Positions 50,566-64,000 of a DNA stretch of 64,000 nt are shown one piece after another. Source of the DNA: the human T2T-CHM13v2.0 reference genome, Homo sapiens; assembly GCF_009914755.1 (NCBI RefSeq), contig NC_060939.1, one strand, 5' to 3'. Numbering within the stretch: position 1 is the first letter of the stretch; each line of letters opens with the position of its first letter. The position numbers were made by a program, and so were the translations under genes. The notes beneath the pieces were generated by a model. It did no database searches and was not told where the DNA came from. It was given only the letters and a program-made list of their open reading frames with translations.

Positions 50566-52641
50566 TTACATAACCGAATCTAAGGCAACCACTTTCCCTT
50601 GTGGTCGTTCTTTAAAGTGAGTAAGTTGATGTCTCTTCCAGTGAGGAGCCTGTCTGAATGTTTTGCCACAAACTGAGCATTCAAATGGTTTCTGCCCTGC
50701 ATGAATTAGGTAGTGTCTTTCCAGTTTAGATGGAGATCGGAAACTTTTAGCACAAACACTGCATCGGTACAGGAAGACATCATTTTTCTCCTGATGCTCT
50801 GAATAACTGCAAAAAGGATTGCTTTGCTCTGATTCCAAAAGTACATTAGGAAGACAGGGTTGCCCGGTGCTACCAGGAATAAAATCCTGTGACTCTGCCT
50901 TAACTCCTGACATTTGATCTGACTCTGAGACCTCGTATTTTTGAACACCAGGAGCCTGACATTGTTGGGAAGCATTATAGTTAACATTATTACCTGAATG
51001 ATTAGAAAGATTGTTGAAGTTTCCAAATTCTACTTGGCAAAGAGATGCATAAGGACTCTTTTCATTATGAGTCTGTTCATGTCTTTTTAAGTGAGCTGAC
51101 TGTCTAAAAGATTTCCCACAAATATTACAGCCAAAGGGCCTCTGTCCAGTATGAATTAAATAGTGTCTTTTTAGTTTGGATATAGAAGGAAATACCTTCT
51201 CACATTTGTCACAAGGACATATCTTATGTCTAGTACGTATGTTTTCCCTTGGAACTGAAAAACCACACTGAAGTACCTCACAGTTATTAAAGAATTCCTC
51301 ACCTGATGAACCACAGATTGACAAGTCTTTCTTATTCACTGAATTATCAATGCTTAATATGTTTTCTGTCGTAAGGATGCCTTTCAAATTTTTTCCCATA
51401 TTTTGCCAAGAAAATGGCAAAGTCAATGTTTTCTTCTTTCTATTGCCAATTGTTTTATATGTTCCATGTTTGCCAAGAGAACCCACAAATGTTCTCTGGG
51501 TTTGTTCAGAGCTCTGCTCACCAGAAATAAGATCACAATTTCTCAAGAAACTCTTTTTAAATACTTTTTTCTCAGATTGAAAGTTATCTAATTTTTTACT
51601 CCTAGCACGCTTAAGCTTGGCCAAGATTTTTTTAACAATGGTTTTATAGTTGTAGCTTCTTTTGAACCTGCTTGGAATTTTGCCACTTCTAGCAGCAAAA
51701 CAGCTGTGTTCATTGAGAATCTGCTCTGATTCAAAACACTTTTCACACTTTGGACATTGAAAAGGGACAATATAAATTGAGTGGACATCAAGTGGATTAT
51801 TCTCCTCAGATTCACCAATCTCACCATTTTCAAAACCACCCTGATTTGCATTTAACTTATTAGGCAGGGGGCGAGATTCTGTACGCCTCTTCTTTAATAA
51901 AAGAGCCCGAAAAGCCTTATTCCTAGTATGGATTTGTTTATGCTTCAGAAGTTTGCTTTGAATCTTAAATCCTTTTTGACAAAAACAACATTGAAAAGGT
52001 CTTTCTTCTGAATGTGTAAGTTGGTGGATTTTTAAGTGAGTTGACTGTCGAAAAGATTTAGTACACAAGACACATTTAAAAGGCCTCTGACCAGTATGAA
52101 TAAGTACATGCCTATCAAGTTTTGACTGTGATGGAAACATCTTGCCACAGATTGTACATGCATGAATATTCTTTCTTCTTTTCATGCTATACATGGGATC
52201 AGACTTAGAGCACGGGTGTAATGCCCATCTTTCCTCTGTGGTAAAAGTATTATACACTCCATACATTGACTTTTCTTGCTTGGCCTCCAGCAATCTTCTG
52301 ACCTGTTTAACATTATTCTGATAGGTTTCATTGTGAAGTTGTTGGTGCTTCACAAATGTCTTCAGATTTTTAAAGTGACGCTGACAAATACTACATTTAA
52401 AAGGCAGACTATGAGTTAGTTGATGCCTCTCCAGATGAACTAGTTGTCTAAAGGTTTTATGACACACATCACATTCAAATGGCTTTTGACCAGTATGAAT
52501 GAGATAGTGCCTAGCTAATTTTGATGGTGTTTCAAAGTGCTTAAAACAAATATTGCAAACATATGGCCTGTTTCTAGGTAGTTTGTTGGCTACCACACAC
52601 TGTTGAATCTTTAGCATTTTTAAATTGTTTTCAGCCATCAT
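50566..52641 (-). CDS. ZNF770: Zinc finger protein 770, 691 aa (MMAENNLKML...VALDSVM); 10 canonical + 1 degenerate C2H2 fingers, no KRAB/SCAN domain seen
   Basis: 2076-nt ORF from first ATG at 52641 to TAA; TGQKPF/TGQRPF linkers; CDS lies in the terminal exon with acceptor tttaatttttag| at 52698. Confidence 0.96.
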   Translation of the reverse strand: MMAENNLKMLKIQQCVVANKLPRNRPYVCNICFKHFETPSKLARHYLIHTGQKPFECDVCHKTFRQLVHLERHQLTHSLPFKCSICQRHFKNLKTFVKHQQLHNETYQNNVKQVRRLLEAKQEKSMYGVYNTFTTEERWALHPCSKSDPMYSMKRRKNIHACTICGKMFPSQSKLDRHVLIHTGQRPFKCVLCTKSFRQSTHLKIHQLTHSEERPFQCCFCQKGFKIQSKLLKHKQIHTRNKAFRALLLKKRRTESRPLPNKLNANQGGFENGEIGESEENNPLDVHSIYIVPFQCPKCEKCFESEQILNEHSCFAARSGKIPSRFKRSYNYKTIVKKILAKLKRARSKKLDNFQSEKKVFKKSFLRNCDLISGEQSSEQTQRTFVGSLGKHGTYKTIGNRKKKTLTLPFSWQNMGKNLKGILTTENILSIDNSVNKKDLSICGSSGEEFFNNCEVLQCGFSVPRENIRTRHKICPCDKCEKVFPSISKLKRHYLIHTGQRPFGCNICGKSFRQSAHLKRHEQTHNEKSPYASLCQVEFGNFNNLSNHSGNNVNYNASQQCQAPGVQKYEVSESDQMSGVKAESQDFIPGSTGQPCLPNVLLESEQSNPFCSYSEHQEKNDVFLYRCSVCAKSFRSPSKLERHYLIHAGQKPFECSVCGKTFRQAPHWKRHQLTHFKERPQGKVVALDSVM

Positions 52642-53583
52642 ATTCTTCAATGATATACTCTGATGAGCTCCATACTGTTCTTAAATTCCACAGATGTCTA
52701 AAAATTAAAGGAAAAAAAGTATTAATTTTAAAATTATTTATTCATATGAAAAGTAACTTAAGTTGTTCTTTGGCTGAAGATATTAAAGGCAAAGGAGAAT
52801 CTGGACTTAGTGTTTACAAGTTAATAATCATTTTAAGTAATACTTTAGAATAATAATACTAATTTTATACATACAGAGATATGAGTCTTTAAAAGAAATA
52901 TCTAAAAATCAATACAATTTTAAGCTATTTTTCTAATTGAGATGCTACATTAAATGAGGACTAGGCTGAATTTCTTAACATGAAATAGATATTTTAATTC
53001 CAATTTTCCTATTTCATTATTAGGTAGATTTGCCAGTATTTAGTTGCCATCATTTTAAAAAATGGGCTAGAAAGGTAACAAATCAAAACATAATACTAAA
53101 AATAAGATATACTTGCATTCAATTATAGCACATTGTAAATATGCTCTTAGAATAGAACATTTCACTTATCATAGGTGGATTTCTTAGCCACAAATTTAAC
53201 ATGAGTTATTCTCAATTACTTCTTTAGACCAACAAGGACAGTGTGGACTAGGAGAAAATTCACAGAAGACCTGGGTTCTAGTCCTGGATTTGCCACTATA
53301 CGATCTTGGTGGTAGGAAGAAGGAAATACAGAGTTCTCATCTGTAAAATGGGGAAAAGGTCTCCTGGATTGTCTACCACCACAAGCTGTTGTCAAAAATC
53401 AATGGAGATAATGTATATGAATGTGCTAAAAAACAGTGAAGCAATACATAAATCTAAGGAACTATTTAGCTCAACACTAATCAAATTTTAAAATGTTATC
53501 CTTATCGTCTTAGTAACATTTTTAAGCGTTTCTCAATAAGAGATAAACCCACTGACTAAATTTACAGGTTTTAAAAATTTCTC

Positions 53584-53872
<289 letters not shown>

Positions 53873-54057
53873 TTCTCCTTTTCACTTTGTTGTGAAATTC
53901 CCAAAAGACAAGCATAGAGGTAATAAGATCGACAAATTGGTTACTTATATAGCTATCTATGACTAAGTAATTGAAACTTGAGTGTGCTTTGCCCATCAGG
54001 CAATATAGTAAAAGGGTCATTTTGGTCTTAAGCGTTAATATAAAGATTTAAAAAACT

Positions 54058-54357
54058 GGCCCAGTGCAGTGGCTCACACCTGTAATCCCAGCACTTTGGG
54101 AGGCCAAGGCAGGGAGATCACATGAGGCCAGGAGTTTAAGACCTGCCTGAACAACGTGGCAAAACCCCGTCTCGACTAAAAATACAAAAATTAGCCAGGC
54201 GTGGTAGTGCACATATGTTAATTCCAGCTACTTGGGAGGCTGCAGCACGATAATTGCTTGAACTGGGGAGGCGGAGGTTGCACTGAGCCAAGATTGCACC
54301 ACTGCACTCCAGCTTGGGCAACAGAGCGAGAGACTGTCTCAAAAAAAAAAAAAAAAA
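54058..54357 (+). mobile_element. AluS
   Basis: full dimer. Confidence 0.85.
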
Positions 54358-54817
54358 GTTTAGCAAGCACTTTCATAACTATCTTATACTCTATCTTCTA
54401 TCAGAGAAGCCAATTTTCTTTTCATTATTACTTTACTATGGCACTGCCCTTAAATAAAGGAGTCAGAGATTTTTTCAAAAAAAAATTAAAAGCTGTGCTA
54501 GCTCTTTCAATATAATGTATCTTCTAGATCAGAGAGTTCTAAGTCTGGAGTTCTTTTGTCAGCTGATCTGGCAAACATCCAACAAACACGGTGTTACTAT
54601 TTTCTCCTAGAAGATACCTTCAACCCCAAATCACAAACATACCCACTGTGGTTCTTTAGCAATGTGAATCAGAAACAGAAAAAAAAAATTACTGAACAAA
54701 TATCTTTAGTTACTTTATCACAGTGTTTTTCAAACTGCAGGATATTACTCATTAATGGATTGTGAATTCAACTTAGCAGATCATGATCAGCACTTTGTTA
54801 TTTAAAATAAGAGCGGA

Positions 54818-55130
54818 GGCTGGCATAGTGGCTCATGCCTGTAATCCCAGCACTTTGTGAGGCCGAGGCAGGGGATCACCTGAGGTCAGGAGTTCGAGGC
54901 TAGCCTGGCCAACATGGTGAAACCCTGTCTCTACTAAAAATACAAAAATTAGCTGAGTGTGGTGGTACATGCCTGTAATTTCAGCTACTTGGGAGGCTGA
55001 GTCAGGAGAATTGCTTGAACCCAGGAGACGGAGGTTGCAGTGAGCCGCCAAGATTGCACCACCACACTCCAGCCTGGGAGACAGAGCAAGACTCTCAAAA
55101 AAAATTTAAAAATAAATACATAAATAAAAA
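54818..55130 (+). mobile_element. AluS
   Basis: full dimer. Confidence 0.85.
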
Positions 55131-56760
55131 TAGGGGATAAATAATAGTAGAAAGTATCAGACTGCATACTATATAGCAAGGATAAATATTGTTTTGTGAA
55201 ACTTCTGTAGGAAGAAGTAAAAAAGTTTATGAAAGCTGTTCTTAACATGCCTCTTCATACTAGACAAAGGAACCTACAACAAATCGACCACTTTATTCAA
55301 AGTGGCCAAGTGATCTATTAAGGTGAGAAAGATAGGGGCCCATAGTATGAGACAAGATTACTAAAGAAAGCAAGTGTCTGGTTTTCTTCACTTGACCCAT
55401 ATTATTCCAAAATATTTATTTTAAATAAAAATCATCTAATTACAGGCCAAATGGAAAATGCCACATAAATCCACGCAGAATAAAACAATCTGACTGTAAG
55501 CCAGTATAGTAGTAAAATATATCATATAACCCAGATATCAATGTTAACCAACAATCAACTCTTGGTGCTATGAATATGCATTTTCAGTAGCTTGAATTAG
55601 AGAAATTAGAGGTGAACAAGCTCCAAAGTCTCTAAACATGCCGATACAGAGCAACAGTCATGATAATTAAAATTAAGTCATGAATCCAGTGAACTGCAAA
55701 GAACTTGGCAGCAATTAGGTGCCAAGGTAGTCAATCAGGACAATGAGTCAAACCAAAAGTAATCAAGCCTTTATTCACTTACTGTGACAGTGCAAGCAAG
55801 TGGTAAAAAGAGGCACTGGCTCCCCAGTGGTCTACTAAATACAAGGACACTGGGTGAGGGTCAGTTGATGCAGTGCATATGAGGTAATCCTCTCACTGAA
55901 AGGAGCCCCTAACAAAAATCTCCTGGCTCTTATGGAACTTCAGAATAGGAAAGGGAGGGGAAGGTCTAGGAGTGAAAGAAGCTGGGTCAAAAATGGAGAA
56001 AAGTGTCTTAGCCACGGTCCTTCCTAGGAGGGCCTCCAAATGGAGGTACCCAGGCTAGGAAAGAAGTTATGGGATTTGCATATCTAGCAGGAGGGGCAGG
56101 GCAAGTCCTTGACTGCAACCCCCTCCAGAAAACTGCAATGCACCGGCCCATATCGAGTATGGTGTGGGAGGACAGCTTGGCCCTTGAGGCCAGTCAGGCA
56201 AAGCCTGGTAATTGTCCAATGTCAGGACTGAATGATCACACAGGATTTTGGTATAAAGCCAGATTCAATTCCTTTTGTATGTTTCTTCTTCCCTTTAATA
56301 AATGCTTTCGTGGAACACGCCTAAAAGAAAAAAATCACACACCACAACTACCTCTGATTAAAACAGGGATTGGCTACCTACAGCTCCTGTACCAAAAAGG
56401 AGCTACGGTTAATCATCCATTGTTAGCACTAAGATTGGATAACTGTTGTCACTTGCCTCCCACCACGTGGAAAAGCACTTACTGGGAGCCCTAGATTGTT
56501 AGAACCATTAGTGGCAAGTGGTGATCCTATCTCCTGTTTATGAGAGTCAGGTTAGGGATCCTCACCTCACGCACTCATGGAGCTCCAAATCCCATTTCAA
56601 CCGATTTTTGTTGATAACATAAAAATAAAAAAGACTGTAATTTTTCTTATCTTAAACTGAAATAAAAGAATAGTAGATCTGCTCAGTGGTTCAATCCAGA
56701 ATTTATCCTGACAAGAACAAGATACTCTACGTGAAGACTGTAAAAACTGTAAAAACTGAC

Positions 56761-56877
56761 CTCAATAATATCCAATGTTGCCTCAAGGCTGAAAGCCTGT
56801 TGATTTTCTTGTCTTGACTAGTACCATTAAAACGATGTGAGGATTTCACGAAAGTAAGCGAACAAGAAATGAAAGAC
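56761..56877 (-). other. ZNF770: ZNF770 probable non-coding exon 2
   Basis: polypyrimidine gtgtttctcttag| acceptor and GAG|gtcagt donor; 117 nt. Confidence 0.7.
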
Positions 56878-57279
56878 CTAAGAGAAACACACACAACTTT
56901 CAGTTGGGGAATAATCTCCGGCGGCTGCTTCTGCCCCACTCGCCCCGGGCCCATTCTCTTGGCCTTGAACCCTCACCTCTCCCTCCCAGTGGACTACACT
57001 GGACAAAGGACACTGACACACAGTCCTCGTTCTAAAGGCCCACAACCAATAATAAGCACGTAATGGTCGAGCCGAGTCCAGAAACCACAAAATCCCACGC
57101 CAGGAAAGGAAGGGTAAGGGTAAAAACTGCTTTGGCTGCAGCCAGGATGAAAACGCCACATGTGATACAACCCACAGCAACAACAAAAAAAAATCCCTCT
57201 ACGCCTTCCTCTCAAATTTCTGCTCCGCGTGAGACGCACTCAATAGGTGGGGAAGTGAGAAAGCAAAAGGAGCTCAGGA

Positions 57280-57960
57280 ACTGAGGTTGTGGAGCCCCCG
57301 TTCTTGGGTCCCCAGGCACCTTGGCGGTATTGAGGCAGGTCCGACCCTCCCTGGGGGTCGCTCCACTTCTCAGTCGGGTTTCTGAAGTCCTCCTCACGCA
57401 TCTGGAGCTGGCGAGGGCCCGGGAGGCACGCACCTCAGGCCCAGGTGCCGCGAAGGCAGCGCGCGCACGTCCGCAGGGCCGGCGCGGCAACGGGCTGAGC
57501 GCGCAGGCGCGGCGCTCTGGCGCGCCCAGGGACACAGTCCGGCTGGAAACAAGCTCCCCCCAATTTCAGGGCCGTTGTCGCCTCCGGGCGGTCCGCGGGT
57601 CCCGAGCGGACTGGGACTCTGGAGACGTGCCCCCAACCCCACCGCCATTCACCCTGTCATTGCAGGGGAGAGAACAGAATAAAGACGGGTACATTTTCCA
57701 TCTCACCTCTGAACCTCGGTTAGGAAAACGCTGTAGCCCTGACTAGTGGGCTCAAGGGCCGACTGGAAAAGGGCGAGTCAGCGTTCAAAGCCGATTCGGG
57801 GCAGCCCTCTCTAACGCAGAGGGCCGAGGATAAGAAGACGACAATGTGTTAGGGGCCCTCCGGGCTAGGACTGTCCTCACCACTTTGTACATTGCCAAAG
57901 TAAATATAACGTAGAGGTCAAGCGCAGGCGCTTTGTGGGCAGACATGACTGAGCTCCACT
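57280..57960 (-). promoter_or_regulatory. ZNF770: ZNF770 CpG-island promoter
   Basis: very high CpG/GC density; NRF1-like GCGCAGGCGC at 57501-57510 and ~57922. Confidence 0.8.
57434..57500 (-). other. ZNF770: ZNF770 probable non-coding exon 1 (5' end approximate)
   Basis: GAG|gtgcgt donor at 57433 inside CpG island. Confidence 0.65.
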
Positions 57961-58159
57961 CGCGACTCCTCTAATGGCGTGCCAGCTGCGGACCTCATTA
58001 GCCCCGCCTCAATCATTCAGTATGTTTTGGTTGTCTACAGTGTACGAAGCCCTGTTCTCACAATTAGATAAAATGAGTGTGAAGTGCTCAACATAATTCC
58101 TAGTGTAGTAGGCCTTCAAAGAACTATTATCATTATTAATTACTCATATAGAATACAAC

Positions 58160-58300
58160 TTTATGAAATGATAGGATCCCATTTTAAGATGAGGAAAATG
58201 AGGCTATCAGAGACGTTAAGGAACTTAATGTCACACAGTTAATAAACGATAGAGGTGCGATTTGAACACAGGTTGTCTAATACCAGACCTGCATTTATAA
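58160..58300. mobile_element. MIR
   Basis: CCCATTTTAAGATGAGGAAAATGAGGCT ... GTCACACAG. Confidence 0.55.
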
Positions 58301-59447
58301 CTGCTGCTTCCCAAGTTATAGATATTTCAGCATTTTATGTAGTCACAATTGAAGACCAAATATTTAGTTACAGACTAAGTTGGCATGTTATTACTGAATA
58401 AGATGCTAAGGTATCTACTAAAGATTTTAAGTGCAAAAGGCATTAGAGAAGAATTTACTGTGGATTTTTTGCAGGTTCTGATTGTAATTGTATCACCTTG
58501 AGAAAGGAGGAAATGAAAGCAGATTATCAGGCATACTTTTTTAACTCTAAGCAACTTTTTGCATTACTTTCTAAGGACCATCAGCAACAAAAATCAATGG
58601 TTTCTAATGTTGATATATTTTCCTCTACCAAAAAAATTAAAGCAGCTGAGCCAACAAAAATTCTCTGTTTTGGATGTGTTAGCATGAGGAAATGGCGAAT
58701 AGGAAATGAGCTTTTGCTTCTCATGTAGGAACCCTGAAGGAGTCAGATTTGGGAGGGGTTGAAGTCTGCTTCCAACAGAAGCAGGGGTGGAGAAGGGAAA
58801 GGAAAGACTTCTGGTGTCCTAAATGCTAGTCCCAAAGTGGGGATGCTGTTTGTCCGGATAACCCTTGTAAATCTGCTCCATTCTGCAGCTACTCCTGGGA
58901 AACTTAACTCAGCCAAATAATGCAAACAATTGCATCCATCATCAGCCACATCAGCCTTAGGAGATACATCCATATCATGAGAAAACACTACCTGAAATTG
59001 GGGACCACTGGAGGGTGAGATTCGTTCTTTATCCATTACCTGCAAAACAAATTGGCCTTTGCATGGAGAGTCTGAATATATATTGAGTGTGAAAGCAGTT
59101 AGGACTTGAATAGGCTATTCTCCAAGGCCACATGCCCCATGTCATAACCTCCCCCATTTACCGTGAGAGCTATCTCAGGAGCCTTCTGGAAAAAAAAGAG
59201 AAATTAACATGAATAAGAGTAATCAAGGAAGATTTCATTGAATATGTGAAATTTGAACTAGCAGTAGTGGGTAGACTATGAATAAATAAAAAATGTGGGG
59301 GCAGGACAGAACATGGTAGGGCAGAGGTGGCAGGGTGAAGAAAAGATAGTATGAGAATGAAAAATAAAGGGGGTGCATGACATACGTTTGAATTAGTATC
59401 TTAATGCTGCAGCTTACTAGTTGTGTCCTTAGAAGTTATTTAACCTA

Positions 59448-59822
<375 letters not shown>

Positions 59823-60305
59823 ACATATCAGGTACCAAGCTCTAAATATTCACTTCCAATTATATAAAGATGAAGCAGTTAGGCCCTGAACCTTAAATTA
59901 GTTTCTAGCCCAGAGGGGAAAATAACATACAAACAAGTATTAATACAATATGATAAGAGCAGATATATATAGGAGGAAAGAACATCTAAATCTGCTTGGA
60001 GGTTCCAGGTACAGATGGTCCCTGAGCTGCAGCTTCAATCAGCCATCTATCCATCCATCCGTTCTGCATATATTAAGCACTCGCTGTGTATCAAGTCCTG
60101 TTCTAGGCAAGGGGGACAGAGTAGCAGACAAAAAGTCAAAAATCCATGTCTTCATAGATTTTATATTCTACTGAAGGAGACAGACAACAGATCAAATAAG
60201 TTAAAATATATAATATGTTAAATATTAGTAAGAACTGAGGAGAAAAGCACAGAAGAGGGCTGTGAAGATTTGAGGGTGTGGGTGGGGATGCTGGCATTTT
60301 AGTAG

Positions 60306-60639
<334 letters not shown>

Positions 60640-61170
60640 TAGTTCTGTGATTGTTGAGTTGAAACCTGGTGGAAATGAGAGACTGCCTTTCCCATGGGAG
60701 ACAGTAGGAGGCAGGGATAAAAATGAGTAGTAACTTGCTTAGTGGGCAAGAGAGTGTGTTTTTGGAGGAGGGTGGGGAAAGGAAAGATAGGCAGAGAATA
60801 TTCCAACCACAACAGACACACAGTGAGAAAAGGCATGGCAAACAGGAAATACAAGTAGTTGCTGGAGTGTGAAGTACAGGTTGGGAAAGTGGGGAGTGGC
60901 AGGAGAGTCACTCACGCAGGAAATAATTTGGAGCACCTACTGCTCACCAGGTTCTTAACAAGAAGCTCAGAAAGTTGTTATATGCAAATGTTTTCTTTTT
61001 AAAAATTTTCTTCTTCTTTTTCTATCTTTTATCCAAATAATTGTACTTGATTCTCTAGTTTCTCTTCAGATCCTATAAATCTTTCATCTTTTACCAAAAT
61101 AATTGTACTTCAAAGGAGTCCATAATTTTAGGATATTTTGTATGTTTTTTGGAATATTTTAAAAACAGAG

Positions 61171-61537
<367 letters not shown>

Positions 61538-61661
61538 TGACAGGCTGGCAAGGAGCTCACATCTCCTGGTTCCATCCCATCTCTCTTATCTTTCCTTTCT
61601 CCTCTTCCCATTCCCTCTGTGGAACAACATACAAAGTCATCTGCTTGCCTTCTGCAGATAG

Positions 61662-62016
<355 letters not shown>

Positions 62017-62541
62017 TAGAAATCCTTATTTCTTAAGATGATTTTTGGTGAATAGAACCCTCTCCTTCCCATCATATACTGTACTTCCTTGAGAATAATA
62101 CTTGCAACTTCTTGTACATTGTGCTACACAACTTCTGAGAGCATTGTGGTGTAGGAGTGGGGGAGCTGGGAGCAGGGAGAGGGTGGAGGATAAGTTGAGA
62201 TCAGAAGATGAAGCACAATACGGCTGTACTGTATTTTACTTAGGACAGTTGGACTGTCTACAGCTCACAGGCTAGCCCCAGTCTCCTAAAGGATTGCTGG
62301 AAATCTCTAAAGCTCCATTAGTGATAATACCTATTGGATTTCTGGGTCTGGTTAGGTATTGCACTGTTCCACACCCCGACTCCTGCCCCACTTCCTCACT
62401 TCCCATGTGTTGGTTCAAATTCGGTAGTATTGAGGTTCCAGAGTTACCTGGAAGCAGGCAGAAATCCCCCATAGGGTTTTGACCGTACTTGTTCATCCTT
62501 AGAGTCAAGACCAACCTCTCGACACCACTGAATGCACCCCT

Positions 62542-63268
62542 TGTAACCACTCAAAGGGTCCACCTTGCCCACTGCCTAGACAGAGCTAATTTATCAAGAC
62601 AGGGGAATTGCAGTAGCGAAGAGTTTAATTCACACAGAACTGGTTGTACAGGAGACTGGAGTTTTATTATTACTCAAATCAGCCTCCTCGAGAATTCGGG
62701 GATCAGAGTTTTTAAGGATAATTTGGTTGGGGCAGGGGCAGTGAATCGGGAGTGCTGATTGGTTGACTCACAGATGAAATCATAGAGAGTTGAAACTGTC
62801 CTCTTATACTGAGTCATTTCCTGGGTGGAGGCCACAAGACCAGATGAGCCAGTTTATTGATCTGGGTGGTGCTAGCCGATCCATGAAGTGTAGGGTCTAC
62901 AAAATACGTCAAGCACTGATCTTAGGTTCTACAATAGTTATGTTATTCCCAGGAACAATTTGAGGAGGTTCAGAATCTTGCCACTTCCAGCTGCATGACT
63001 CCTAAACCATAATTTCTAATCCTGTAGCTAATTTGTTAGTCCTTTAAAAAAAAAGCAGTCTAGCCCCCCAGGCAGGAAGGGTGTTTATTTTGGGAAAGAG
63101 CTGTTATTGTCTTTGTTTCAAAGCTAAACTATAAACTAAGTTCCTCCCAAAGTTCATTGGGCCCACACCCAAGAATGAACAAGCACAACTTGAAGGTTTG
63201 AAAGTAAGATGGAGTCGATTAGGTCAACCACAATTTTCTCAGTTGTAATTTTTGCAAAGGCGGTTTCA
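62542..63268 (-). mobile_element. Solo ERV1 LTR, LTR8/LTR8A family
   Basis: minus strand starts TGAAACCGCCTTTGCAAAA and ends GGTTACA; 727 bp; degenerate 4-bp TSD CCCT/CTCT. Confidence 0.85.
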
Positions 63269-63749
63269 CTCTGACTCTTAGGACAAGGGTCTGAGCCAAC
63301 CAAGGAGGGTGGGAGGAACGATAGTTTTTGCTTATGGAGTCAAGTGAGCTTGACATTGTGACTTTCTCCTGTTTCTGGATCTTACTTTCTGGAGGCCGGT
63401 GATAAGAGTTCTCACAGGTAGAGTCTACCAAAAAAAAAAAATGCCCTTCTTCACAAAAGCCAGAACAGACTAAGCATTTCCTTTCTCAGTCCCCATCTGC
63501 AAGTAGTGTTGTGGGCTTTAAGTCTGTCTCCGGTGTCTGCCAGATTCTAGGGGTAAATATATGAGATGTTACTGATCTCTTCTGGCTTCCCAATTAGGTA
63601 AATACTTAGTAAGCATGATTTTTATTTAAGGTCCCGGGCTTTTTTGTTGTGTTCTCTGACCCAAAGTAAGAACTTACTTACCTTATGATCAACGGTTTTA
63701 GTAGTTAGAAATCTGAACTCAGGTGGCTAAAGGTAATCTTCCTCATTGA

Positions 63750-64000
<251 letters not shown>

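Noticed and set aside
52642-52650. ORF track gives ZNF770 as 694 aa (MKNMMAE...)
   Set aside because: The extension starts at a TTG codon; the first ATG is at 52641, giving 691 aa.
55700-56494. 141-aa ORF (56069-56494) and an LTR-like stretch in ZNF770 intron 2
   Set aside because: No homology recognised; probably degenerate ERVL-type LTR sequence that I cannot assign with confidence.
57212-57746. Arg/Ala/Pro-rich ORFs on both strands
   Set aside because: Expected stop-codon depletion in a CpG island; no coding signature.

Overview
Human (primate) genomic DNA, recognisable from the encoded proteins as the AQR-ZNF770 locus (15q14 from recall). The minus strand carries two genes. The first is the 5' part of AQR (Aquarius/IBP160 spliceosomal RNA helicase): coding exons 1-11, 900 nt = codons 1-300, all GT-AG with consistent phases, a CpG-island promoter at ~38.7-39.1 kb, and continuation beyond position 1. 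The second is the complete ZNF770 gene: two non-coding exons, a 691-aa C2H2 zinc-finger CDS within one exon, and a ~3 kb 3'UTR. AQR intron 6 holds an ORF-intact RPL36A retrocopy and intron 5 a 5'-truncated SVA, both with target-site duplications (TSDs). The rest is very Alu-dense (>50 copies), plus MER82, MER2, MER5A, L1, L2, MIR and a solo LTR8-family LTR. Most ORF-track entries are Alu or SVA artefacts. I found no convincing wholly new biological system. The best leads are a candidate poison exon in AQR intron 6, uORFs in the ZNF770 leader, the intact RPL36A retro-ORF, a templated inverted-insertion scar in AQR intron 10, and the four-fold repeated finger module of ZNF770. Repeat boundaries and subfamily names were judged by eye and are approximate.
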